In this document: one piece after another, positions 56,428-64,000 of the stretch
Numbering within the stretch: the first letter of the stretch is position 1
Layout of the letters: every line of letters starts with the position of its first letter
Assembly (NCBI GenBank): GCA_018433975.1
Contig: JAHDQE010000090.1
Location: 8,259-72,258, forward strand
Reading direction: 5' to 3'
DNA length: 64,000 bases
Source: Ornatilinea sp.
GTDB taxonomy: Bacteria; Chloroflexota; Anaerolineae; Anaerolineales; Anaerolineaceae
The notes under the pieces: generated by a model
What the model saw: only the letters and a program-made list of their open reading frames with translations
What the model was told of the DNA's origin: nothing
Database searches by the model: none
Made by a program: the position numbers and the translations under genes

Positions 56428-58878
56428 CTATGGCACAATTTGCAACAGCCCGCCGCCATCAAAATTGGATCCTCCGCCACCAACCCATACTGCGCCGTAC
56501 GAATCGACATACAGAGCAGAAATATAATTCGTCAGCAAACCATCTTTTGTGGTTAACATCGTCCAGTTGGTAAAGTCATCCGAATAAAGCAATCCTTTAT
56601 CGGTTCCGACCCAGATTTTTCCATCCGAAGCTGCCGCAAGGGTTGTCAGGCGAGCATCGCTGAAACCATCTTTGAGAAAATCAACCAGAGTCACCACCTG
56701 GTCACCATCATAGCGAGCCACACCGGTGAAAGTGCCAATAACCAGGGACCCATCTCCATCCAGTACCAGTGCACGGATATATTTATTCGGCAGCTGCGTT
56801 GAATCTTTACCAAAGACCACTTCCAATCCGCCATCTTCATATTTAGCAAGTCCCTGGTCAGTCCCTATCCATACCCGCCCCATAGCATCCGCGACCAACC
56901 CCTGGACATTATCGCCGGGCAGTCCTTCTGCGGTTGTCAGTTTCATCATCTGACTGCCATCCGGATTCAACACAATGATCCCCTTACCATCGTCACCAAA
57001 CCAGGCCTGGCCCTGTTGATCGACTGTAACAGAATTGAAAGAATAAATATCCTGGAAAGCTGCCCAGTCCCCATTCTGATAACGGCTGGCGCTGCCGTTT
57101 ATAATAGATACCCAGGCCGTGCTATCCTGTGCAAAAGCAATCCCGCTTGCCCATTTTCCTCCCATAGCAGGGGTGTCACTCTGGCTAAAGGTTTGCCACG
57201 CATCGGTTGGGTCAGCCGGGTTTAGCAATTGGATTCCCATATCCGTCCCAATCCACACTTCCCCATCCGGAGACACGGCGATGGAATCCACGAAATTGCT
57301 GATTAATTGATCTTCCGTTTTAAAGGCCCTGGTCGAGTTATTTTCATAGATATATACCCCTTTTGATGTACCAAAAACCGGTGCCTTTGTATCGGATAGC
57401 GCCAATGCAAGAATAGCCTGGCCATCCATCTCTTTATAATCCATATCACATGCACCCGTCGTGGGATTAAACTGGCAGAGCCGCCCTGCCCCTAACGGAG
57501 CTGTTGCCGCCCAGATTTTACCGTCGGCATCGACTTCAATCTCGTTAATACTGCTCAAATTAGCAGCACTATCCGCGCCGAATAAAGTCCATTTACCGCC
57601 CTTAAAGGACATGATTCCACTGGAAGCACCAACCCACAGTGTTCCATCGTTTGAAAAAGCCAGTGAATAAGCTGTTTCATCCGGCATTCCTTCCGCTTTA
57701 CTATAAACGGTTACTTTATCATTAGAGATCTGAGCAATTCCTTTATACCCGCTGGCAATCCAGATATCTTTACCATTTACAGCAATGTCCGTTACCGAAT
57801 TCCATAGAAGACCTTCATTCTTGGTGAACTGCTGAAAAGCACCACTTTCAAGGTCAAGGACTCCCAGACCGTTGTAGCCAATCAGCAAGCGGTTGTTAGC
57901 CTGGTCGCAATAGAGACGCTCAATTTTACTTGCATCCACGCGGCTCTCAGCCGGAGCTAGAGTTCTTTGCTCCCAAAGACCGCTGCTCGGATCATAAATA
58001 CTGATCCCGCTCAATGTTCCCACCAGAATACGCGGTTCTGGAATTTCACAATATACAATGGCATTTGCACTGACGTGCCCCATACCATCCAGTGGTGTAT
58101 AGTGCATAGCATAACCACTGTCCAGCCTCCAGGTAACCAATCCGCCCAAAGTAGCTGTGTAAATAACGCCATCATAAACCACAAGATCGCGTACCACATT
58201 CCCGTTGGTATAAGCATATTTACCGGACGCCAACCCACTGGCGGCGGGTTCGGAAGTCGGTTCAAAGAACTCAACGGAGGCGAGAATGGCATCAAAATAC
58301 GCGGACATCCGCTCCCATTCTGATTGCGGAGCACCCAGCATCAACACAAACTGTTGGTGAGTATTCACCATCACCATCGCCACCCGACCTTGCATCGACT
58401 TGCCGTTGTTCTCCCCCTGAATATCCGCCACCAACCCTGACAAACCGGCCACCTGAACTGCTCGCGCCTCACCAACTATCATAGGCATATCTCTTTTCAA
58501 CTCATCATATAATTGATCATTCGTTTTCTCTTTGTCATTATTCCACCCCATAAGCTGAATGATGGGCCCCGTATCCGGGTCAGCACCGGGTGCTATCATA
58601 CTGGCCGTTCCACCGGAAATATGCAGCTCATAATCTGGAACCGGGCGGAAAACAAACCCGCCTTCTTCCACCCGTTGCGTTTCTCCCAATATGGAAAGAT
58701 CCACATCTCCGGAATTCTGTGTGGTTGAATTTTGCGAAACAGATTCTCCGGTTGATACAACAGCAGAATTCTCATCCGGATTATTCTTTTCAGGTGTCTC
58801 TGTTTTTGAGCCGGTACCACAGGCAAAAGAGACAATGGCAAAAATCAGTGAAAGCAGCAGCAATTTATTTTTCTTCAT
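56428..58878 (-). CDS. Secreted lipoprotein-like protein: unknown ~190-aa N-domain plus about 13 'two-component regulator propeller' (Reg_prop-like) repeats, with no output domain
   Basis: Start placed at ATG 58878 (MKKNKLLLLSLIFAIVSFACG), which has AAGGAAAGGA upstream. Repeats include GTLWVGASSGIMSF, GEVWIGTDMGIQLL, GQAWFGDDGKGIIVL, GRVWIGTDQGLAKY, GKIWVGTDKGLLYS, GAVWVGGGG. Confidence 0.7.
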   Translation of the reverse strand: MKKNKLLLLSLIFAIVSFACGTGSKTETPEKNNPDENSAVVSTGESVSQNSTTQNSGDVDLSILGETQRVEEGGFVFRPVPDYELHISGGTASMIAPGADPDTGPIIQLMGWNNDKEKTNDQLYDELKRDMPMIVGEARAVQVAGLSGLVADIQGENNGKSMQGRVAMVMVNTHQQFVLMLGAPQSEWERMSAYFDAILASVEFFEPTSEPAASGLASGKYAYTNGNVVRDLVVYDGVIYTATLGGLVTWRLDSGYAMHYTPLDGMGHVSANAIVYCEIPEPRILVGTLSGISIYDPSSGLWEQRTLAPAESRVDASKIERLYCDQANNRLLIGYNGLGVLDLESGAFQQFTKNEGLLWNSVTDIAVNGKDIWIASGYKGIAQISNDKVTVYSKAEGMPDETAYSLAFSNDGTLWVGASSGIMSFKGGKWTLFGADSAANLSSINEIEVDADGKIWAATAPLGAGRLCQFNPTTGACDMDYKEMDGQAILALALSDTKAPVFGTSKGVYIYENNSTRAFKTEDQLISNFVDSIAVSPDGEVWIGTDMGIQLLNPADPTDAWQTFSQSDTPAMGGKWASGIAFAQDSTAWVSIINGSASRYQNGDWAAFQDIYSFNSVTVDQQGQAWFGDDGKGIIVLNPDGSQMMKLTTAEGLPGDNVQGLVADAMGRVWIGTDQGLAKYEDGGLEVVFGKDSTQLPNKYIRALVLDGDGSLVIGTFTGVARYDGDQVVTLVDFLKDGFSDARLTTLAAASDGKIWVGTDKGLLYSDDFTNWTMLTTKDGLLTNYISALYVDSYGAVWVGGGGSNFDGGGLLQIVP

Positions 58879-59092
58879 TTTCCTTTCCTTCTTTCGTGGC
58901 TTCATAGTTCAATTCATTCTCATCATCCGACACTTCGGTTGTCCTTCGCAAAAAACGACACAGCACTTCAGGGTCATAAAAGGTAAGGGTCTTATGTGTA
59001 TGCGGATCCTCAAGAGAGGCATGCCAGTTAGGGCCGCCCGAACTGGTCGTTTTCCACATTCGTAATAAAAAAGATTGGTAAAATATATTCAT
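58865..59092 (-). CDS. 75-aa small protein (LLRMW...W.ASLEDPHT...F.DPE.L..FL core plus acidic tail); coding status unproven
   Basis: ATG-initiated ORF: MNIFYQSFLLRMWKTTSSGGPNWHASLEDPHTHKTLTFYDPEVLCRFLRRTTEVSDDENELNYEATKEGKENEEK. Its last 14 nt overlap the start of the propeller gene, and its 3' end carries that gene's SD. No clear SD of its own. Confidence 0.45.
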   Translation of the reverse strand: MNIFYQSFLLRMWKTTSSGGPNWHASLEDPHTHKTLTFYDPEVLCRFLRRTTEVSDDENELNYEATKEGKENEEK

Positions 59093-59117
59093 CGCATTGT
59101 TCTATATAAAACATCTT

Positions 59118-59178
59118 ATTCACCCTCCGTCAAAAAATCGTCAGAGAAAGTACGCATTCACCAAAAAAGCGACCAGAG
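59118..59178. repeat. Imperfect direct repeat in the divergent intergenic region
   Basis: R1 (59118-59146): ATTCACCctccgtcAAAAAAtCGtCAGAG. R2 (59156-59178): ATTCACCAAAAAAgCGacCAGAG. CGCATT also occurs twice (59093 and 59153). Confidence 0.35.
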
Positions 59179-59187
59179 TGGCTTTCA

Positions 59188-62100
59188 ATGTCCATATTGC
59201 GAATAAAATGCTTTGGAGACCTTCAAGTAGAATTGAACGGAGAAACTGTCTCTAATTTTGAGACAGATAAAGCGCGTGCTTTATTGGTTTATCTGGCGAT
59301 AGAATCCGCCAGACCACTCCAACGCTCCCACATTGCGGGCATGTTATGGTCTGAGGAAGCAGAAGAGCGCGCCCTCCACAACTTACGCCAGACATTATCC
59401 AGTCTTCGAAAAACTCTGGGGGATAGCGCTAACACGCCCCGCTTCATACTCGCAGACCGGGATTCCATCCGGATTAACCCATCTGCCGACGTGTGGATCG
59501 ATACCATAGCGTTCATACAATATTTATCCTGCGCCTACCGTCATTACCAGAGGCGTATTGGGCGTGGATCGTTTAATGTTCGCTATTTGCAAAAAGCACT
59601 CAAGGTATACCGGGGACAATTTTTACACTCATTTCAGTTAAGCAAATGTGCTTTATTCGAGGAATGGGTGTTGTTGCAGAGAGAAGATTACAATTTACAG
59701 GCCATCAGAGCTCTGACTTTGTTGGCCGAATATCACGAAAGGCGTGACGAATACCACCTTGCCATTCAATCAGCCATACGGGTCGTAGAAATCTCCCCCT
59801 GGGATGAAACCGCGCGTGCTCAAGTCATCCGCCTTTTAGGGATCAACCAGCAGTGGAGTGCTGCAAAAAGTCAATTTTTTGCGTTAAAAAAATATCTTTC
59901 TGAACAACTCTCCGTTTCTCCCGCCGCTGAAGTTATAACTCTGTATGAACAGATCTGCAAAGGTGCTGCCGGAAAAGCTGCTGTGTTGCCCGGTTTTCCA
60001 CCAGAAAAATATAACCTTCCAGATACAGCATCCTCATTCATAGGTCGAGAAGCTGAACTGGATGAGGTTATGGAAAAAATTATCTCCCCCGATAACCGTC
60101 TGATAACCCTCATTGGGCCAGGTGGCATCGGAAAAACACGATTCGCGATCGAAATTGCATATCAATTGGTAGGCATTCTGGCGGATGGTGTCTTTTTCGT
60201 ATCTCTGGTCACTGCCCAAAATCCAGAGCAAATCGTGCAGTTGATTGCCGAATCAATCGGTTTTATTTTTTCGGATCAATTCAATCCTCAAAAACAACTG
60301 ATGGATCATTTGCGGGATAAACAACTCTTACTAGTTTTAGATAATTTTGAGCATTTACTGGCAAACTCCAGAAATACTCTTTTACTGGATAAAATCATAA
60401 ACCAGGTTCCTCAAACAACTTTTCTGGTCACCTCCCGGGAGCAGCTAAATCTTCATCAGGAACGCATATTTGCTCTCCCCGGATTATCCTATCCTCAGGA
60501 AATCAAAGTTCCACTTGAAGAGATCACCTCTTACGATGCGTTGAATTTGTTTGTCCGGCAGGCCCTCCGCAAGCAGCAAAATTTCTTGCTGGATGAAACC
60601 AATCTGCACACAGTAATCCGGATTTGCCGTACTCTGGAAGGGTTACCATTGGGTGTTGAACTGGCAGCAGCCGCAATTTGTGAACAGGGCTACGAGGCAG
60701 TCGCCCGGAAAATCGAAAATGACCTGGATGCTTTGGCGACCAGCACAGCCAATATTCAACCGCGGCATCGCAGCTTGCATGCCGCTTTTGAAGTCTCATG
60801 GGAACTGCTTCCCCAACGGCAACAAATTATCCTGAGCCGGTTATCTGTTTTTCCGGATGGCTTTGACCACATCGCAGCAAAAGCAATCTCCGGAGCTTCA
60901 GCCGCAGAGCTTTCATCCCTGGCAGCAAAATCGCTGCTCCGTGTCGATAAATTTAATCGCTTCAGTTTTCATGAAGCAATCCGTCACTTCGTAAGTAAAA
61001 AGCCCATCTCAACCGAAAACTTTGTTGAGGTCCGTGAACGTCATGCGTTATTCTATGTTTCTTTCCTTGCCGGGAAAAACAACCTGTTGCAAAGTGATGG
61101 GCAGACGGCTGCATTGGCAGACATTCAATCCGAATATGGGAACGTACATCTTGCATGGAACTGGTTAATCGATCATCAACGCGCTGCTGAAATGATCTGT
61201 TGCATGGACAGCTTATATCAATTTTTCAACATTCAGAGCTATCTTGAAGAAGGAATACAATGGTTTCAACAAGCCCTTAAAAACATCGGAAATAAAATAG
61301 ACAATTCACTTGTTTTGGGAATGCTTTTGTCTCGATTGGGTTCTCTGGCTTATCATGCCCGTAAAAAAGATCTTATGTTTCAATCATTGCTTCGCAGTCA
61401 GGAGCTTCTGAGAAAGGCAAATGCAGGTCAGGAACTCGCCTTCTGCTGGTTCCATTTGGGTTGGGCTTATCAACGGGAAAAAGACTTCATCACCGCACAA
61501 CACTATGCCGAAAATAGTCTGGAATACTTCCAACATGCAGGAGATGTTCTGGGACAGTCTCAAGCATTAACTTTATTGGGATCCATTCAAAACAGACAGG
61601 GGAGTAACCCTGAAGCCAAAAATTTTTTCGACAAGGCTTTAATTCTTTGCCGCCGGTCGGGCAACCAGCGCCTGCTGATCACAATTCTGAATCGTTTGGG
61701 GGATCTGGCGTGTTATGCCGGAGAGTATCAAGCCGCGATTGAGCAATTCAGTGAATGCCTTGAAATCAGTGAGCGGCTAAATGATCGTTACAATCAAGCC
61801 ATCTTGCTGAATAATATGGGAACCATTTATCATGTCTGGAAAGACTATCCTCAAGCACAGTCCTGTTACCAGAAAAGTTTGGTACTTTGCCGGGAAATCG
61901 GTGATCAGGACGGTATAGCTTTGGCATTAAATAACCTTGGTGAACTTTCCACGGTTCAGGGAGATTATCCCTCTGCAATAAAGTATTCTAAAGATGCGTT
62001 GCAAATCGCCGAACAGCTTCAAGAAGCCTGGACCATCATCGTTTGCCTGAACAGCCTGGGGGAAATTTATTGCGCAATGAACGATCTTGAAAAAAGCAAA

Positions 62101-62382
62101 AATTACTTTTTGAAAGCCCTCCGACAAGCTTTGATGGTTAATGCCATTGATTTGGTGGCGCGAGTCAGTGTGAACACCGCCAGAGTATTCCAATTGATGA
62201 GAGATTATTGTACTGCAACCTTATTACTTCAAGCCGCGCTTGCGCACTCTTCCACTGAGCATGATGCCAGGGAAAAAGCTGTGGACTGGCTGAAAGAGAT
62301 GAACGCCAGCTCTGCCATTGAAAATAATGACCTGCTTCTGGTGAAAGATGTAAAAAGTGTTTTAAATTTTCTACCCAAATGA
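59188..62382 (+). CDS. STAND-class regulator: OmpR-type wHTH + BTAD (SARP/AfsR-like) + NB-ARC/AAA P-loop NTPase + TPR array
   Basis: N-terminus: LRIKCFGDLQVELNGETV..KARALLVYLAIE. BTAD: YRGQFL...EEWVLLQREDY...AIQSAIRVVEISPWDETARAQVIRLL. Walker A: LIGPGGIGKTRFA. Walker B: LLLVLDNFEHLL. C-terminal ~400 aa carry TPR-like repeats: YNQAILLNNMGTIY and IALALNNLGEL. Confidence 0.85.
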   Translation: MSILRIKCFGDLQVELNGETVSNFETDKARALLVYLAIESARPLQRSHIAGMLWSEEAEERALHNLRQTLSSLRKTLGDSANTPRFILADRDSIRINPSADVWIDTIAFIQYLSCAYRHYQRRIGRGSFNVRYLQKALKVYRGQFLHSFQLSKCALFEEWVLLQREDYNLQAIRALTLLAEYHERRDEYHLAIQSAIRVVEISPWDETARAQVIRLLGINQQWSAAKSQFFALKKYLSEQLSVSPAAEVITLYEQICKGAAGKAAVLPGFPPEKYNLPDTASSFIGREAELDEVMEKIISPDNRLITLIGPGGIGKTRFAIEIAYQLVGILADGVFFVSLVTAQNPEQIVQLIAESIGFIFSDQFNPQKQLMDHLRDKQLLLVLDNFEHLLANSRNTLLLDKIINQVPQTTFLVTSREQLNLHQERIFALPGLSYPQEIKVPLEEITSYDALNLFVRQALRKQQNFLLDETNLHTVIRICRTLEGLPLGVELAAAAICEQGYEAVARKIENDLDALATSTANIQPRHRSLHAAFEVSWELLPQRQQIILSRLSVFPDGFDHIAAKAISGASAAELSSLAAKSLLRVDKFNRFSFHEAIRHFVSKKPISTENFVEVRERHALFYVSFLAGKNNLLQSDGQTAALADIQSEYGNVHLAWNWLIDHQRAAEMICCMDSLYQFFNIQSYLEEGIQWFQQALKNIGNKIDNSLVLGMLLSRLGSLAYHARKKDLMFQSLLRSQELLRKANAGQELAFCWFHLGWAYQREKDFITAQHYAENSLEYFQHAGDVLGQSQALTLLGSIQNRQGSNPEAKNFFDKALILCRRSGNQRLLITILNRLGDLACYAGEYQAAIEQFSECLEISERLNDRYNQAILLNNMGTIYHVWKDYPQAQSCYQKSLVLCREIGDQDGIALALNNLGELSTVQGDYPSAIKYSKDALQIAEQLQEAWTIIVCLNSLGEIYCAMNDLEKSKNYFLKALRQALMVNAIDLVARVSVNTARVFQLMRDYCTATLLLQAALAHSSTEHDAREKAVDWLKEMNASSAIENNDLLLVKDVKSVLNFLPK

Positions 62383-62502
62383 GAGCCTCCACAACCATCT
62401 GCCAGGTCGCCTTCTGACAAGATATATTTCCTGTAAGCTTCAATCTTATAATTCTATGGAAACACTGCACCTTTTGCGATAGGGTCGTTTTTCCCGTTCA
62501 AA

Positions 62503-62511
62503 TGCTATAAT
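62503..62511 (+). promoter_or_regulatory. Candidate extended -10 element upstream of the GAF-PAS kinase gene
   Basis: TGCTATAAT lies 23 nt before the ATG at 62534. The -35 is poor, and the leader would be very short. Confidence 0.25.
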
Positions 62512-62533
62512 CCTTATAGGAGAAAAAAGAACC

Positions 62534-64000
62534 ATGCTACCTGATTTTCGTGTCCGCCAAAGAGATTATCTTCTTGAGTTGGCTCAAGCACTCACTCAAG
62601 AATTAGAACTGGAAAAATTACTGAATCGAGTATTGACGATATCGATTGAAATGTTGGCCGGACATGCCGGCCTGATCGCGCTCCGGTCGAGAAAAGGCGA
62701 TTGGGTGGTTTCTGCTTCCTACGGGCTTCCCCCCGCTTTCCTACAATTATTAAAGCCCTATCTTTCGGAGATTCCAACCCATCCGGACCACCCGGAGGAT
62801 TACGAACTGCCTGAGATCAACCGCCTGTTGAAACAATTGACTTTAACCACCAGTCTGGGATTGACAACTGGAGTTGGACTGCCTTTAGTCGCGCGCAGCA
62901 TAGTGGTAGGAGTTATTTTCATCTTCCGAAACTATCCTGGAGTTTTTTCAAGAAATGACCGGACACTTCTGAGCAGTTTTGCCAATCAGGCTGCCATCGC
63001 AGTCCAAAACGCACAATTCTACAGTCAGATCCGGCAGGAAAAGCAGAGACTTGATGCGCTGCTCGATTCCGCTGCTGACGGCATTCTCATTCTTGGAACA
63101 GACCACCACATCGAAAGGTGTAATCCTGCACTGGCGCGAATGCTGGACATAAAAGCAGAAAATGCAATTGGAAAATCTCACGAAGAATTGATCCAATGGG
63201 CAAACGTTCCCAATGGGTTAACCCTCCAGCAGGCTGAAGCTGGTGGTTGGCCTTTAACACCTCATGCGCAGTTATATATCGAAGGGAATGTTAAACGCGC
63301 AGATGACCAGTCGCCTCTTCCAATTGGGATTACCTATGCCCCACTGCTTGCCCCTGAAGGGACTTTAATCAATATCATTGCAACCATGCGCGATATTACT
63401 CGCTTCCGCGAGGCTGAAGAAGTGAAGGATACCTTTATTTCAATTATCAGTCACGAGCTAAAAACCCCGGTCTCGTTGATTAAAGGATACGCCAGCACCC
63501 TCCGCAGAGAAGACGCTTCATGGGACCACGAAATTGTCAAAGACAGCCTTACCGTGATTGAAGAAGAAGCTGATCGTTTGGCTGCACTCATTGAAAACCT
63601 GCTGGATGCTTCACGACTTCAGGCCGGTGGACTCTCCCTTAAACGGTCCGATGTTCTGATCCCCAATATTGCTCACAGGCTTTCAAAACGGTTCGCCACT
63701 CAGAGTCCCAAGCACAGTTTCCCCGTTGATTTTCCGCCAGAATTTCCGGTAGTGCTGGCCGATGAAGTCCGGCTTGAGCAGCTTCTTTCAAACCTGATCA
63801 CCAACGCGATCAAATACTCCCCGGAAGGCGAAATCCGAATTTCAGGACAAATCCGCCCTGACAATGTTGTCGTCTGCGTAAGTGATCAGGGCCCCGGGAT
63901 CGCCCCGGATGACATTCCCCATATTTTTGACCGCTTTTATCGAGCGCCGGAAATGGCCCGCAGCACCAAAGGCGCCGGATTAGGCCTGTTCCTCGCAAAA
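62534..64000 (+). CDS. GAF-PAS sensor histidine kinase (cytoplasmic; 3' end runs off the window)
   Basis: Absent from the ORF track because there is no stop in the window. My translation from ATG 62534 gives MLPDFRVRQRDYLLELAQALTQELELEKLLNRVL... (GAF). PAS: LDSAADGILILGTDHHIERCNPALARML. H-box: FISIISHELKTPVSLIKGY. N-box: NLITNAIKYSP. G1: SDQGPGIAPDD. G2: GAGLGLFLAK. AGGAG lies 11 nt upstream. Confidence 0.85.
   Translation, partial: MLPDFRVRQRDYLLELAQALTQELELEKLLNRVLTISIEMLAGHAGLIALRSRKGDWVVSASYGLPPAFLQLLKPYLSEIPTHPDHPEDYELPEINRLLKQLTLTTSLGLTTGVGLPLVARSIVVGVIFIFRNYPGVFSRNDRTLLSSFANQAAIAVQNAQFYSQIRQEKQRLDALLDSAADGILILGTDHHIERCNPALARMLDIKAENAIGKSHEELIQWANVPNGLTLQQAEAGGWPLTPHAQLYIEGNVKRADDQSPLPIGITYAPLLAPEGTLINIIATMRDITRFREAEEVKDTFISIISHELKTPVSLIKGYASTLRREDASWDHEIVKDSLTVIEEEADRLAALIENLLDASRLQAGGLSLKRSDVLIPNIAHRLSKRFATQSPKHSFPVDFPPEFPVVLADEVRLEQLLSNLITNAIKYSPEGEIRISGQIRPDNVVVCVSDQGPGIAPDDIPHIFDRFYRAPEMARSTKGAGLGLFLAK

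Noticed and set aside
59188-62382. STAND NTPase as an Avs-type anti-phage defence protein
   Set aside because: The N-terminal effector position is occupied by a DNA-binding wHTH plus BTAD rather than a nuclease, protease, TIR or other killing domain. No other defence genes are adjacent. A regulator role fits better.
1-64000. tRNA, rRNA and CRISPR arrays
   Set aside because: I read through every intergenic gap longer than 80 nt (for example 9720-9876, 21874-22123, 36306-36577, 38638-38937, 41601-41790, 49304-49459, 53345-53500, 56227-56427 and 62383-62533). I saw no cloverleaf-compatible GTTCRANYC/T-loop signatures and no spaced direct-repeat arrays. This is an eye scan, not tRNAscan or a CRISPR finder.

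Overview
64 kb bacterial window with about 52 protein-coding genes. I found no rRNA, tRNA, CRISPR array, transposase or integrase by eye. The taxon cannot be fixed from sequence alone. The gene content looks Terrabacteria- or Chloroflexota-like (Obg with an OCT tail, TagA, deoxynucleoside kinase, PhoPR/PhoU, frequent TTG starts), but this is tentative.

Layout:
- 1-5.3 kb: a partial GAF-PAS nucleotide cyclase, a TgpA-like transglutaminase membrane protein, a PAP2 phosphatase and a YtxH protein.
- 5.4-33 kb: a very large envelope-glycan locus. The minus-strand part (5.4-27.4 kb) holds a metalloprotease, two Wzy_C/O-antigen-ligase-like proteins, a Wzz-like protein, a Thr/Pro-rich lipoprotein, a WbaP-type priming transferase, TagA, nine further glycosyltransferases, a methyltransferase, the Wzm/Wzt ABC exporter and a formyltransferase. 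The plus-strand part (27.6-33 kb) holds a bi-domain oxidoreductase, a heparinase II/III-like protein and a WbuB-like GT4. A visibly low-GC cassette sits inside the locus at about 18.5-22.75 kb.
- 33-36.3 kb: a PhoP/PhoR-like two-component system whose first gene overlaps the last glycosyltransferase, then phoU.
- 36.5-41.6 kb: yciH, two HAD hydrolases, a DEAD-box helicase, a deoxynucleoside kinase and a VOC protein.
- 41.8-45 kb: a four-gene ECF sigma / anti-sigma / bactofilin-like membrane protein / toast-rack module.
- 45.1-53.3 kb: a housekeeping block (nadD, obg, argS, rpsT, pgk, gap, yvcK-like).
- 53.5-64 kb: an accessory sensory cluster. It contains three secreted beta-propeller or lipoprotein genes plus a membrane protein, a 75-aa conserved-looking small ORF overlapping the largest propeller gene, a divergent 1064-aa BTAD-NB-ARC-TPR STAND regulator, and a partial GAF-PAS histidine kinase.

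Most worth following up:
- the small ORF / STAND / orphan-propeller cluster;
- a possible protein O-glycosylation reading of the glycan locus;
- the low-GC cassette, whose boundary falls inside wzt;
- the lyase-fold protein inside a biosynthetic operon;
- the physical coupling of a Pho-type two-component system to glycopolymer genes.

All functional calls rest on motifs I read in the translations. No database search was run.
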